Shown here: positions 1-10,522 of the stretch, one piece after another | How positions within the stretch are numbered: the stretch's first letter is position 1 | Layout of the letters: each line of letters opens with the position of its first letter | Origin: a virus | Virus record (IMG/VR): IMGVR_UViG_3300031669_000007 | Location: 28,631-92,630 of that record | Reading direction: 5' to 3' (one strand) | DNA length: 64,000 bases | The notes under the pieces: model-generated | Database searches by the model: none | The model's input: only the letters and a program-made list of their open reading frames with translations | Told to the model about the DNA's origin: nothing | Position numbers and translations under genes: made by a program

Positions 1-122
1 GAACCTAATCCAGATTCTTCAATCGTATATGTCACAGTTAGCGAAAACGGCGTAAACTCGGTGTAGATAGGAGTTATTTTGGGCGTTATTACTAACTTTG
101 ATGTAGACGATACTGCTGACAT
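1..122 (-). CDS. 5' part of a gene running off the window (MSAVSSTSKLVITPK...), possibly structural
   Basis: ATG at 120-122 overlaps the stop of the 122..421 ORF; frame is open to the window edge. Confidence 0.5.
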   Translation of the reverse strand, partial: MSAVSSTSKLVITPKITPIYTEFTPFSLTVTYTIEESGLG

Positions 123-421
123 TATGCTTTCGCTAATGTAATGCCTGTAGTCTTTTGAATATAGTGATCAGACATTTCACGCATAGTTAAACCGTGCAGC
201 ATAATATGCTGGAAATGTATTGGCATTGCCAACTCTGATTCACTTGTAAAGATTGTAGGCACTAATACGATACCCTGTTGAGTAGGCATCACTGTCATTG
301 GTTTCTTAATCATAAATCCAGTTTCTGTTTCTTCGTCGAACTTAGCAACAACCTCATCTCCGTTTGAAATTTTCATTGAGATGATGTCTCCTGATTTGTA
401 TTTCTTTTTATTTAATAACAT
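122..421 (-). CDS. conserved phage hypothetical protein (Sm-like beta fold suspected)
   Basis: GDIISMKISNGDEVVAK pattern; translationally coupled. Confidence 0.5.
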   Translation of the reverse strand: MLLNKKKYKSGDIISMKISNGDEVVAKFDEETETGFMIKKPMTVMPTQQGIVLVPTIFTSESELAMPIHFQHIMLHGLTMREMSDHYIQKTTGITLAKA

Positions 422-714
422 GTTTTTTCCTTTTTAATTGGTTGCCATGTTTGGCAGTATAGATTACTATATTTCTGACGACCCCTAAATTTTCGTCTAA
501 TGATCCTAAAATGAAACGAACATCTTTCTGAACGAGTATCAAATGTCATCGGATCGACGTAATTTTTAACATTCTTCTTTATAAAAGGAAGTATGACAGT
601 AAGATGCCAGCCGTTGTGATAGTCTTTTCCTTCAATCTGTTTCCCGAAGCAAATTATGACATCAGCTGGTGTTCTGCATCCTTCATGGCGATCTTCATAT
701 TTAAAGAGTTTCAT
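412..714 (-). CDS. hypothetical protein
   Basis: ORF coupled to both neighbours. Confidence 0.5.
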   Translation of the reverse strand: MKLFKYEDRHEGCRTPADVIICFGKQIEGKDYHNGWHLTVILPFIKKNVKNYVDPMTFDTRSERCSFHFRIIRRKFRGRQKYSNLYCQTWQPIKKEKTCY

Positions 715-905
715 TCTGTTCCTGACGAAGTAGGTTTAAACCACCCGTTACCTTTAAGAATAAAGTTTGTTCCTGATTGATCAAATGTTTTACGCATTGT
801 GCTGCCGCAGTCTGTGCAACTTGCAGGCAAATCACTTTCAGTAACTTTTCTAATCTTTGTTTCTATGTTTTCACATTTAGTGCATTTGTATGTATATAAC
901 GGCAT
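711..905 (-). CDS. FmdB-family zinc-ribbon protein
   Basis: MPLYTYKCTKC...CTDCG...FILKGNGWF. Confidence 0.85.
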   Translation of the reverse strand: MPLYTYKCTKCENIETKIRKVTESDLPASCTDCGSTMRKTFDQSGTNFILKGNGWFKPTSSGTE

Positions 906-915
906 TATATTCCCT

Positions 916-1563
916 TTAGTTTTTTAATTTACAGTTTTCGCCGTGCCATCGAGAATAATTTCCCTGAGCAATTAATTTGTGGCAATAAGGACACTCTATT
1001 TTTAATCTAGCTATCCTAAATCTTGGATTCTTTTCGCCTATTTTGCCGAACATTGGATTCTTATCTCCAAGATGCGATATTGATTTTTTAATTTTTGTTT
1101 CTTCGGAATCTTTAATAATTCCGGTTACTCCTTTATTCCATGCTACTACTCCTGGCTTACCTTTATTGTGTGCTGGTTGACCTTGTCTTGCTTCAGATAT
1201 TTTAGCTCGGGTTATGTCTGAGTGTCTGCTTCCTGGTGTTGCTCCATCTAACCCGTTTTCTGGTTTTTCATTTGCCCATATCTTTTTGCCAGTTAAACTA
1301 TCTTTGGCATTTACTATATCCCATTGATCTGAACACATTAACGCAAATTTAACTAATTCGTCTTTCTCGGTGAATAAACAGTACCAAATAGTTTCAACTT
1401 TGCTGCCGTGTTTCTTTAAGTGCCTTTTCCAATATCGGCCAGATCCTCTATATGAAATCACTCTGCCATGACTACCCGTTGTTTTACAAAAATATTTTAA
1501 GCCTGTTACAGAATGCTGTTTAATACACAAATAAGTTGTTCTGAATTCCGCCTCATTATTCAT
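916..1563 (-). mobile_element. free-standing GIY-YIG-like (Seg-type) homing endonuclease with NUMOD3-like repeats
   Basis: TYLCIKQHSVTGLKYFCKT..YRGSGRYW; NPMFGK; C-terminal CPYC..RWHGENC; inserted just after nrdB with its own TAAATA. Confidence 0.8.
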
Positions 1564-1613
1564 ACTATTCCTTGAACTATAATAGTATTTATTCTATTGT
1601 TAGAGACGATAAA

Positions 1614-2711
1614 TTAAAAGTCGGTGTCAAACATAATATCGTCGTCATCCTTAGTTACTACTCCGACCTTGTACTGGTTATTATCCTGTTCTTGTGGTGC
1701 TGCCTGTGTCTTACTAATATTAATCCAGTCTTCCATGTGAGGCATTGGATTATGACGAGGAAACTTGTACTCGCTTTCCAGATCTAAAAATTTATGAACT
1801 GGTGCTGCGTTATACATTACCCACGACTTAACTGTGGCTGCATTTGCTCCAACTAATTCTCTGCCTTCACTAAACAAATAGTCAGTCCACACCATCTCTG
1901 ATTCAACTATGTCATTAAATAGTTTTTCAATACGCGGCTTTAATCTTAAATATGCTTCTTTACCTCGCTCAGTTTGCAGTTCTACTCTCAATACTTCCTT
2001 ATCGAGCTCAACGTGTACTTCAAGCTCGTCCTGTGCAATCTTTTGAACTGCTTTTCCAATACTTTGGAACCAGCCCGTGCTGCAAATAGTAAATGTGATT
2101 GCAAAGCTTGCCATAAATTGCACTCTCTCTAATAAGAACAATGCAATGATTGCCATAAAGAGTGAATCATACGATTGTTCTGCTGTCATCTCTCCTAATG
2201 CATAACGATGTGAAACTTTGAATACATCATCAAATACTTCTTTGATAGTAGTTAAGCGAACTAAGCTTTCTCTTACTGCAAGGATATCTGTTAATACTAA
2301 CTCTGGATTATCAAAGCTCATACGAACAATTTCACTGTAGGTTGCTGAGTGAATAACCTCGTTATCTGAAATTCTTTGCCATGCTGCCCACAATGAACTA
2401 TCAGTAATGAATGGAGCTAGTACAGGAGCAATGTTTCTTGATGCAACACTGTCTGCTTCCCATTGCCACGCGAGTGTTCGTATCATCATATCATACACTG
2501 ACTTAGGACAGTTCTTAAAATCTAAGTTGCACTGACTATAGTCAAACTCATCCTCTGACCAGTCTAAGCTTTTCATTGTTTTATAGATTGCCCAAATTTT
2601 AGGATAGTGTTTATTTACTGTGTCAAACACACCAGGATCTTCACCAAAAAATAGCGGTGACTTATCGTGATATTGTTTTACTGTTTTATTTACGTTAAAT
2701 ACTTTTGTCAT
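1614..2711 (-). CDS. nrdB: class Ia ribonucleotide reductase beta subunit
   Basis: EVIHSATY, LERVQFMASF and DELEVH diiron motifs; C-terminal APQE..Y. Confidence 0.95.
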   Translation of the reverse strand: MTKVFNVNKTVKQYHDKSPLFFGEDPGVFDTVNKHYPKIWAIYKTMKSLDWSEDEFDYSQCNLDFKNCPKSVYDMMIRTLAWQWEADSVASRNIAPVLAPFITDSSLWAAWQRISDNEVIHSATYSEIVRMSFDNPELVLTDILAVRESLVRLTTIKEVFDDVFKVSHRYALGEMTAEQSYDSLFMAIIALFLLERVQFMASFAITFTICSTGWFQSIGKAVQKIAQDELEVHVELDKEVLRVELQTERGKEAYLRLKPRIEKLFNDIVESEMVWTDYLFSEGRELVGANAATVKSWVMYNAAPVHKFLDLESEYKFPRHNPMPHMEDWINISKTQAAPQEQDNNQYKVGVVTKDDDDIMFDTDF

Positions 2712-2735
2712 TTGTCTTCTTTCTTCGTTGTGTTG

Positions 2736-5042
2736 TTATAAACTGCACGACTCACAGTAGTCGTCGCCATTATTTGAATCAGATACTGTGTCGCTTGTAA
2801 TAGCGTTACTACTTTCAATTGCATTTTCATTTGATCCAAGCTCAACGCCCTTGCTTGTTAAACTATTTACATAATAGCGTGATTTCATTCCATACTTTAT
2901 CATATCTATGTAGTCTTGTATCATTTCCGTACTAGATACTTTCTGGTCACCTTGTATTTTTACAAAGAAGTCAGCACTAATTCCTTGATCGCACCATTTT
3001 TGCATAATAGCATAAACTTTAATCATGTCGCTAGTTTTTATATCCCATGCGAATTGATATTTGTTCTTTAACTTTGTTGCGTCAGGAGCACACCAATGGT
3101 TGATTAGTGTATCGTTTGTTTTCATTAAATAGAACTCACGGATTGGGTACGGCCCGTTTGTGGTGCCAGATGAAATAGTTGAGGATTCTCCTGGCATGTG
3201 TGCAACTAACACTGAATTACGAATACCACCGTTCTTAATAATGTCTTTACGCAATAAGTCCCAGTCACGCTTGTTCTCTACTGTAACTAACTCATCGACA
3301 CGTTTTTCGTATGTATCAAGCGGTAACCATCCCTGTGGCCATTTTGTTTTGTGCATCCAAGGAGCATTCCCTAGCTCTTTGCCTAATCTTAGGCTTGCGT
3401 TGATTAAGTGCCACATATGAGTCTCTGATAACTCATGAATAAAATCCCTACCGCCTTGCTCTGAGTATAAGAAACCTTTCTTCGCCATTAGATGTGCAAG
3501 ACCTAATATACCAACACCTGCGCTCAGTCTTGCTTTTGCTGTGTGTTCCAAGTTAGGGAACACATAGTCGCTTTTGAAGATACATTTGTCAATCATCTTC
3601 AGTGCATAGTAGGCTGCATCGGCGTATTGATCATCTGACTCAATATTACTGACGATAATGCCCGCAATACTGCAAAGACCAATTTCTCCGTCGCCTTCTT
3701 CGTATTCTTCTTTATACAATTCTGCTACGCTCTCGTATCCTTTAGTTACAAGGTCAATCTCTTGGCACAAATTGCTTGAATAGATTTTTTCTAAGAAAGG
3801 AGTATGCTGGTTCATCATATCAGTAATATGTAGATATTGAACACCAGTTTCGTAGCTCTGTGTTAAGGCACCAAGCAACAACTCACGAGCATTTACTTTG
3901 ATGGTTGCTTTTCCCGATTCGACATATTCGTTATATAGTCTCTCAAACTCGGATGTATCACTACTGTACTGTGCTTCGTATAAGTCGGGAGCATCGGCAA
4001 TAGAGAAGAGGTAAATGTCTTCTTTCTTTGCTACTTTGCGGGCAAAAAACTTGTTTGAACCAAAGCTGTAATGACATCCACCAATCTTTTTATTTGCTGG
4101 TGTCATTGGGTGACGTAATTTCTGAATTACTTCTACTTCTGGATCATAAGCCGTGTAATGAACAGTGCTTGCTCCGCCACGCCCATTTTGTAGATTAGCT
4201 TGAATAGCACCAACCATTGATCTATAATATGGAAGCTTTCCTTGATGCTGGATCATTCCGCTTCTAATTGAATCACCCAACGAACGTGTCTTAATATGTG
4301 TTCCGATACCTGCACTCATACATGTCATCATATATGAAATGTGATCACCTGCTGCTAAACTTGGAGCAGAATCTTTCGTAGTGTAAAGACAGCAAGATGC
4401 GTAGCCGTTTAATTTTGTTCCAAGGTTTACGAAGTTTGGTGTTGGGCAGTTAATGCGATTATAACTAAAGTGATCATACCATGCCTTCACATGAACTAAA
4501 CGTTCCGCTGGATTTTCGTCTTCGGCAAGAGCCATTGCCATACGCATATAAACAAACTGCGGAGATTCATATTCTTTACCTGTCAGCTTGTTGCGTAAAG
4601 AATATTTGTATCTGATTTGATTTAGTTGATAATGTGGATATTTAAGATCTCGCTTATGGTCAATTATCTTCTCCACTGCACTGTATTCCTCGTCTGAGTA
4701 ATCTAATGTTACCATTAAACCATCAGTGGCCAATGATCTATGTAGATCATTTACGGTAGGGCGACCGTCAGGGTAAGTTATGCGCTCAATCAATGACGCA
4801 TATAGTCTACCGGCCATTCTATTGTATTCCCAAGTTTTCTTACTCAGACACACTTTAATTAATGTTTCTTGTAGCTGTTGACTTGTGCATTCCTCTGGAC
4901 ATTGGTTAACTGTATCAATTACTATGGTTGACCAATCTACATGTGGTCCGAGAGTTTTTGCTGCCCACACTCCCCACCCATTTAATTTACTAGGAATGAA
5001 TTCTTCCGTAGTACCGTTACGTTTCAAAATAGTTTTTATCAT
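2736..5042 (-). CDS. nrdA: class Ia ribonucleotide reductase alpha subunit with N-terminal ATP cone
   Basis: ILKRNG ATP cone, CPTP, ASCC, SNLCQEI, KSRYY, C-terminal CESC. Confidence 0.96.
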   Translation of the reverse strand: MIKTILKRNGTTEEFIPSKLNGWGVWAAKTLGPHVDWSTIVIDTVNQCPEECTSQQLQETLIKVCLSKKTWEYNRMAGRLYASLIERITYPDGRPTVNDLHRSLATDGLMVTLDYSDEEYSAVEKIIDHKRDLKYPHYQLNQIRYKYSLRNKLTGKEYESPQFVYMRMAMALAEDENPAERLVHVKAWYDHFSYNRINCPTPNFVNLGTKLNGYASCCLYTTKDSAPSLAAGDHISYMMTCMSAGIGTHIKTRSLGDSIRSGMIQHQGKLPYYRSMVGAIQANLQNGRGGASTVHYTAYDPEVEVIQKLRHPMTPANKKIGGCHYSFGSNKFFARKVAKKEDIYLFSIADAPDLYEAQYSSDTSEFERLYNEYVESGKATIKVNARELLLGALTQSYETGVQYLHITDMMNQHTPFLEKIYSSNLCQEIDLVTKGYESVAELYKEEYEEGDGEIGLCSIAGIIVSNIESDDQYADAAYYALKMIDKCIFKSDYVFPNLEHTAKARLSAGVGILGLAHLMAKKGFLYSEQGGRDFIHELSETHMWHLINASLRLGKELGNAPWMHKTKWPQGWLPLDTYEKRVDELVTVENKRDWDLLRKDIIKNGGIRNSVLVAHMPGESSTISSGTTNGPYPIREFYLMKTNDTLINHWCAPDATKLKNKYQFAWDIKTSDMIKVYAIMQKWCDQGISADFFVKIQGDQKVSSTEMIQDYIDMIKYGMKSRYYVNSLTSKGVELGSNENAIESSNAITSDTVSDSNNGDDYCESCSL

Positions 5043-5126
5043 ATTGCCTTTTTTATTGTATTGTATTTACGAGTGACGCTGAGTAACCAAACTATTTACT
5101 GTTCGATTTGTGTTTTCTTGTTTATC

Positions 5127-5657
5127 TTATATAAATGATATGCTGTTGTAGGTAAGTATTGCAGGATTTCCTGAAGATGATGTGTATGTCATGCTCAGTG
5201 AGTTTGCCGTAATAGTTGTGTTTGGTATCAACGTAATACCCAGATTATTTGTTTCAACGTAATCATCTTCGTATGCTACTGCAGAACCATCGGACAACAT
5301 TGCTATTTTCATTGATCCTGTTCTCTCATCTAAATCACGAGTAATTGAGTAACTCATTATAACTGAACTGAAATTACTGTCAATTACTGTGGATAGAGTC
5401 GGTACAGAAACATTTGCAGATAACGGTGTATATAACATGGCTGCCCCGTTTCCGGAAATGCCTGCTAAATCTAAGTCAGTTAGTATTCTAGTACTCTGTC
5501 CAGGAAGAGGAGAACCTTCAGATAACGTTCCATTGCCAATATATAATTCTCTAGTATCAACTGCCCAACCAAGTTCTGCGCTTGTTAGTGTGCTTGAAGA
5601 TAAATCTGATCGTAATCCTCTTCGAAGTTGTATGCGACTGATTTGTAAAATTGCCAT
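5127..5657 (-). CDS. virion structural/tail-associated protein
   Basis: RIQLRRG..AELGWAVDTRELYIGNG N-terminal fibre-anchor-type motif; S/T-rich. Confidence 0.65.
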   Translation of the reverse strand: MAILQISRIQLRRGLRSDLSSSTLTSAELGWAVDTRELYIGNGTLSEGSPLPGQSTRILTDLDLAGISGNGAAMLYTPLSANVSVPTLSTVIDSNFSSVIMSYSITRDLDERTGSMKIAMLSDGSAVAYEDDYVETNNLGITLIPNTTITANSLSMTYTSSSGNPAILTYNSISFI

Positions 5658-5672
5658 TGTTTTATGTCCTAA

Positions 5673-6245
5673 TTACTCAATAATTGCTGTATAATCTTCT
5701 TTAATGTATGATGAACCTGTCTTAAACATTGGCCAGTCAGAAAAATCGCCAGTATTTTCTATCATAATACGCCAATCCGTAGATCCACCACTACTGTAAA
5801 AATTATTTAATGTATCAATATCAAATGGTTCATTCTGCCCAGCTTTGATATTATGCCATTGTTTCTTAAATCTTGATAATCCCTTAACTACTTCTTGCAT
5901 ATCAGGAGAATGTATCTTACCCAAAAATAATGGGTTTTTCGCCAATCTTGATTTATAAAACCAGAGCATTTTAGAAAATATCTTTTGTCCTCTATATTCT
6001 TCTTTAACCCAAATATCATCGACTATGTTCTTATCATTCAATGAAGTATATGCTATTAGTTGATTCCTGTACCATAAAGAATAATAGTCATTATATTGTC
6101 TAACTTGATATTGTTCAATATCTGCGATATATTTCCCGTGTGTTAGCCACAACTCAGAGTGTTCTTCCCCAAACTTTTTTGCAAGGTTAGAATAATCTGG
6201 ACCTCGCCAAGGCATTTCGCTTATAAATTCTATGGATCTCATCAT
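5673..6245 (-). CDS. GNAT-like acetyltransferase with N-terminal tag MRSIEFISE
   Basis: IWVKEEYRGQKIF acetyl-CoA motif A. Confidence 0.65.
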   Translation of the reverse strand: MMRSIEFISEMPWRGPDYSNLAKKFGEEHSELWLTHGKYIADIEQYQVRQYNDYYSLWYRNQLIAYTSLNDKNIVDDIWVKEEYRGQKIFSKMLWFYKSRLAKNPLFLGKIHSPDMQEVVKGLSRFKKQWHNIKAGQNEPFDIDTLNNFYSSGGSTDWRIMIENTGDFSDWPMFKTGSSYIKEDYTAIIE

Positions 6246-6254
6246 GTATTTATG

Positions 6255-6965
6255 CTAAGAGAGGCGATAGAACTTCTCAACCCTCGCCAACCATTTTTCT
6301 ACATAAATATCCCACTCATCGCCTTCGACCACCCACTGTTGATACTCACATGCTCGACTACACATTAAGATAACGCCAGTGCGTATATTTGTTTTATGTA
6401 CTTCGTTGTGTGCCATTGCATAGGCAACAAGCTGAGTCTTATAATCCTCAACCCACTCGTCCTTTTTAGGCTTATTGGTCTGTTTATAGTCGAGAATTGA
6501 CTCTTTTCCGTTCCAAATACCAGCCAAATCTGTTGACCCTGCATAGAGTCCTGGATAGTAAACGGGGACTTCCGTTCCCCATATCTCGTCCATATGAACT
6601 AGGCCCTTTTCTATAATTTGTTGTGCCATTGGATGAGCAATCTGTTGAACAGTGTTTGTTCCTGGGGCTTTGGATTCACCCAAGCAATATTGTTCGAGCA
6701 TCTTATGCATCGTCGTTCCAACTCCGGCTGCTTCTGTTGTGATAGTTTGGGCTGCTTGATGTCCTACTCTTTTACGCCAATTTTGTAGGGCTGCTTTAGA
6801 TTCCTCAGACTTGGTCTTATCTAAGATAGTTGTGACCGAGGGGAGTTTGCTACCGTCAGGAGTATCATATAATCGTTTGCCATCTACTATGGCTCTGGAC
6901 ATTGCTTGATACGTGAATTTTTCTACAATCGGTATTTGTTTTTGTGGGTTAGTTATAAGTGTCAT
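6255..6965 (-). CDS. PD-(D/E)XK exonuclease (RecB/Cas4/MGME1-like)
   Basis: LPSVTTIL, GTTMHKMLE, EVPV..YAGSTDL..ILDYKQ, QLVAY. Confidence 0.88.
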   Translation of the reverse strand: MTLITNPQKQIPIVEKFTYQAMSRAIVDGKRLYDTPDGSKLPSVTTILDKTKSEESKAALQNWRKRVGHQAAQTITTEAAGVGTTMHKMLEQYCLGESKAPGTNTVQQIAHPMAQQIIEKGLVHMDEIWGTEVPVYYPGLYAGSTDLAGIWNGKESILDYKQTNKPKKDEWVEDYKTQLVAYAMAHNEVHKTNIRTGVILMCSRACEYQQWVVEGDEWDIYVEKWLARVEKFYRLS

Positions 6966-7003
6966 GCATTAATTGTATAACAACATACCATCAAAAAGCA
7001 AGT

Positions 7004-7426
7004 TTATTGGCGATTTTTTGCTGCGCTTTTTGCCATATTCGAAACTGTTTCTTCCGAATCTTGTTCCGGCGACGTGTGTTCTTCACCGCTATCTTCGCCG
7101 TCGCCAGTATGCTCTTCATCGGAATCTTCATCCGAATCAGATGCAAGCTCGATTGTATCTTTATTGAAGGTTTTGATTAGGTCTTTTACTGCGTCATTGT
7201 TTTCGAATGCGTCAACAAGTGCATTATAATCGAATGTAGTATCGCCAGCGTTCTGAACCAATTGAATCAAGCTATCGGTGCGTAGTTTTGCAGATAGTTC
7301 TTTATCTTCAGAACGCTTCTTTAAGAACATAAGAACAGGCATAAGATTTGAAGATAGTGTATCTTCGCCGCCACCTAATTGATCTTCTGCTGATGCATCT
7401 TCAAATACTATTTCTCTTATTTTCAT
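7004..7426 (-). CDS. acidic putative internal head protein (tag MKIREIVFE)
   Basis: N-terminal tag; D/E-rich tail. Confidence 0.6.
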   Translation of the reverse strand: MKIREIVFEDASAEDQLGGGEDTLSSNLMPVLMFLKKRSEDKELSAKLRTDSLIQLVQNAGDTTFDYNALVDAFENNDAVKDLIKTFNKDTIELASDSDEDSDEEHTGDGEDSGEEHTSPEQDSEETVSNMAKSAAKNRQ

Positions 7427-8157
7427 TAACGACGCTCTCTACCAAGTGATTCCGGACCACCTGCGGCTGCATCATCTGCGCCAAATTCATCTGGAGGAGC
7501 TTCACCGCCAAACTCATCTGCGCCGCCCATTTCGTCTGGAAGTCCTGCACCAGGCATACCTTCTGCTCCTGCTACGCCCGACATATCCATTGGTTCTTCT
7601 TGAGCTTCGCCGGTTAATGCGCGAGCTGCGCCGTCTACGCCATCGCGTGATTGGTTAAGTTGTTGTGATAATGTTCCTAATACTTGTCCTACTGAGTTTT
7701 TGAATTGATCTGCTTGTGCTGCGCCAATCTGATCACGGATAGTGTCAATAAGTGCAGGAAGCTGTTCGTTCTGTAGTTTGCCTACTTTTTCGATCATGTC
7801 TTGAACTGTGTCAACCATGTCTTTTGCTGCAAGAATAGCTTCTGACTTTCCTAGCTCGCCTTCTTTTAATTTACGCTTTGTTCTTTCTTTTGATTCTACT
7901 AATTTAGTTGCATCAATGAAGCGGGATAATCCTTCAAAGACAATAAGCATTTCTAAATACTGCGGGTCTTGTTCAGCTGTATGGATTAGGCTGCTTTTAC
8001 GGATAGCATTGACTGCCTCCATAATCTTATCACGCATTGCTTCTGCTTTTGCTAGTGTTAGAGCTTCATAATTGATTTTGAATCCAAAACGTGACTCGGT
8101 CACTTTGTTTAGTTTCTTCATTGATGGCTTGTTTTTTGTCATATCTGTCAGTTTCAT
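7426..8157 (-). CDS. putative prohead core/scaffold-like coiled-coil protein
   Basis: coiled-coil, acidic G/P/E tail, LVE/LKE candidate cleavage sites; TAAATA upstream. Confidence 0.5.
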   Translation of the reverse strand: MKLTDMTKNKPSMKKLNKVTESRFGFKINYEALTLAKAEAMRDKIMEAVNAIRKSSLIHTAEQDPQYLEMLIVFEGLSRFIDATKLVESKERTKRKLKEGELGKSEAILAAKDMVDTVQDMIEKVGKLQNEQLPALIDTIRDQIGAAQADQFKNSVGQVLGTLSQQLNQSRDGVDGAARALTGEAQEEPMDMSGVAGAEGMPGAGLPDEMGGADEFGGEAPPDEFGADDAAAGGPESLGRERR

Positions 8158-8210
8158 GTTTGTGGTTTCCTATTAAAAACGCTTAATGTATTTATACTCA
8201 ATTAAATAAT

Positions 8211-8717
8211 TTAAGAAAGTTTTCTAATTAATCGCTTCACCGCTGCAACATTGTTCTCTAAATCTTGTTTAATTAATCTAAGTTTACCTTTTGTTTCTTC
8301 ATAGCGGCTTGAGTATAAGTCTATCTTAAATTGATCCTTGGCCGCATGAGCAGCATCTAATCTAACCCTGAATATAGACTTATCCAAGTCAAGTTTCCCT
8401 ACATATAAATCTATTCTATATAATTCTTTTGCGGCATCTACTCTGCCCAAGTGCATTAAAGAACAATAGAAAATAGCACTTCTCTTATCAGTGAACTCTA
8501 ACTCTTCTACACGCCAACATATATCTGACACCTTCTCTACTTTATATGTTGCAACGAGATAGTCTCCATTCTGAAGTAGCATACAGATGGGTAACTTGCT
8601 CTTTTTTTGAAGTTCTAGCAGTTCGTTTCTTGTCCACTCAGTTACGCGATGTAAGCCGTATGCCTCAATGACGTCTAATTTTTTATCGGATTTTTTTAAG
8701 ATAGATTGTTTTGCCAT
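8211..8717 (-). CDS. hypothetical protein
   Basis: ORF track; likely start MAKQ. Confidence 0.55.
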   Translation of the reverse strand: MAKQSILKKSDKKLDVIEAYGLHRVTEWTRNELLELQKKSKLPICMLLQNGDYLVATYKVEKVSDICWRVEELEFTDKRSAIFYCSLMHLGRVDAAKELYRIDLYVGKLDLDKSIFRVRLDAAHAAKDQFKIDLYSSRYEETKGKLRLIKQDLENNVAAVKRLIRKLS

Positions 8718-8892
8718 CGTTTTTAGTTCTCTTAAGGACATCTTTCTTAACTAGGCTACTGGCAATTAGCTGTTCTCTTGGATTTAGACTCTTCTTAAAT
8801 ACTCCGCCTGTCTCATTAAATTTCGACAATACTTCCCATTCCTCATTATTAAGTGGTATAGAAATATTGTTTAATAACTCGACGATTTTAAT
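8683..8892 (-). CDS. 69-aa protein absent from the ORF track, probable ATT start ((M)KIVELLNNISIPLNNEE...)
   Basis: GGAG about 7-8 nt upstream of ATT; no in-frame ATG/GTG/TTG back to the stop at 8980; fills the gap between two genes. Confidence 0.65.
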   Translation of the reverse strand: MKIVELLNNISIPLNNEEWEVLSKFNETGGVFKKSLNPREQLIASSLVKKDVLKRTKNDGKTIYLKKIR

Positions 8893-9478
8893 TTTGTATC
8901 TCCCTGTTCTTTTTACGTTTAAGCCCTGTCCTAATTTTAACCCAGGCTTCTTTGCGTTCAGCCGACCATTTCTTGTCTGTCATTGCCTTAGCTATTTTCT
9001 TGCTTGTTTCTTTTAATTTAGGGCTCGTTTCTTTAGTAAGTCCGGTATTCCAGGACGTTGATACACCAAGCTCTTTTTTAAGTTTATTGTTCTTCTTTCT
9101 TGATTCATTCAGATTACGGGTATGTTCAGCAGTGCGTGGTTTATGATAAGCATGTTTACTGCATATTCTACCCTTCTCGCCACCACCGTTTAATCCATTT
9201 TCAGGTCTTAAATTAGCCCAATTTTTTGATTCAACTATCTTTTCTTGTTCTGAAAAAATCTCAGCAAATTTTTTGCATTCTTCTTTATCATAAAATAAAC
9301 AGAACCAAACTGTTTCAACATATTCTTTACCGTGTTTCATATTATGATTTTGCCAATATTTTCCAGATCCAAAATATGTAAGCATTTCTTCATAATTAGC
9401 AACCGTTTTGCCAAAATACAACTTGCCGGTTATGCGGTGTCTCTTTATATAAAGATATGTTGGTTTAAACTCTCTCAT
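8888..9478 (-). mobile_element. GIY-YIG-like homing endonuclease (paralog of 916..1563)
   Basis: PTYLYIKRHRITGKLYFGKT..YFGSGKYW..WANLRPENGL; WNTGLTKET. Confidence 0.8.
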
Positions 9479-9909
9479 GACTGTAGCCAAGGCTCGATAA
9501 AAATATTCTTAATGGCACCGTATGGGTGAAAGATGGGTAATATAAAACGTGCCGTCTCATCTAATCCAGTGATGACTGGCACTTGCTCAAAATCGGCATT
9601 TAGTGCAGACATTGGCTTGCCAGGCAAGTCATATACGCCCTCTGCTTCAATGGCCCAAGACCACTGCCATATAGTCTGGACTCCCGAGTAGAATTCTCCG
9701 AAATTATAAAAATCTACGTTGTCTTCGAATTTCTGCGGTAATTTGATATTCAAGGGTTGTGTTTTTAATCCAATACATTGTAGCACTGTTTCCCAGTTGC
9801 GCTGCTGGTTTCTTGCGATATCTTCTGTGTCAGAGCTTCGTGTTACTCCGGTAGCAGTTATATCTACTAAGGAATAGCCTATAAAGAATTGTGGATTCGC
9901 CGCGCTCAT
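9475..9909 (-). CDS. conserved jumbo-phage protein
   Basis: SLVDITATG..RNQQRNWETVLQ; TAAATA immediately upstream. Confidence 0.55.
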   Translation of the reverse strand: MSAANPQFFIGYSLVDITATGVTRSSDTEDIARNQQRNWETVLQCIGLKTQPLNIKLPQKFEDNVDFYNFGEFYSGVQTIWQWSWAIEAEGVYDLPGKPMSALNADFEQVPVITGLDETARFILPIFHPYGAIKNIFIEPWLQS

Positions 9910-9939
9910 ACAGTATTTAGCTTATGAAGTTATAGTCAC

Positions 9940-9971
9940 AAAAAAGCCAGGTCTGACCTGGCCTGGCTTTT
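9940..9971. terminator. bidirectional-looking intrinsic terminator
   Basis: AAAAGCCAGG-N10-CCTGGCTTTT downstream of 9995..10417. Confidence 0.8.
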
Positions 9972-9994
9972 AATGTGTGGATTCTAATTAACTA

Positions 9995-10417
9995 TTAAGC
10001 TAACTTGAAACCTTCTGTGCTTGAAACTGTGAAACCTACTGGCACAATGTTAGCAACGTTTGCAGTTGTAGATAACACCGGCGAATTCAATGCTGTTGCA
10101 AGAGTTGTGTCAGTGAAGCCTGTTGCTTCAACTAACAAGCTGATTACTGAACCGTCAACTTGATACATAGTTGTTGTTGATTCAACACCAACTCTGCGTA
10201 GTGTTGATTCAACAACTCCGCCCACTCCCATTTCAACTGTCAAATCTACGTTTGAAGTAAGTTTGAAAGCTGTTGGGCTTTTTGTAAGACCAGGTGCAAT
10301 GATAATTCCAACTGAATTATCACCTGTCATACCGATATCGAAGTTAACAACACCGTCTGCATCTCCGTGTACTCTTGTTGCGCCTAATGGTTGATTATTG
10401 TTGATTGGTAATGCCAT
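9995..10417 (-). CDS. probable abundant virion (decoration-like) protein
   Basis: T/V/G/N-rich, strong AGGAG, TAAATA upstream, own terminator. Confidence 0.55.
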   Translation of the reverse strand: MALPINNNQPLGATRVHGDADGVVNFDIGMTGDNSVGIIIAPGLTKSPTAFKLTSNVDLTVEMGVGGVVESTLRRVGVESTTTMYQVDGSVISLLVEATGFTDTTLATALNSPVLSTTANVANIVPVGFTVSSTEGFKLA

Positions 10418-10522
10418 AATATTTCTCCTAAAGTAAGTGGGATCTATACGATCCGCATATACTTATTTATACGAGTGGAGAAAAATCGTCGAATTTCGAT
10501 CTGAAGATTTATCCAACTGCAT

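Noticed and set aside
6255-6965. Cas4 as part of a CRISPR-Cas system
   Set aside because: No Fe-S cysteine cluster, no other cas genes or array; typical stand-alone phage exonuclease
8312-8330. Additional GATAGAC with a 3-bp flank (also at about 10893, 24462, 35246, 41313)
   Set aside because: Inside coding sequence, stem too short or absent, not near a start codon
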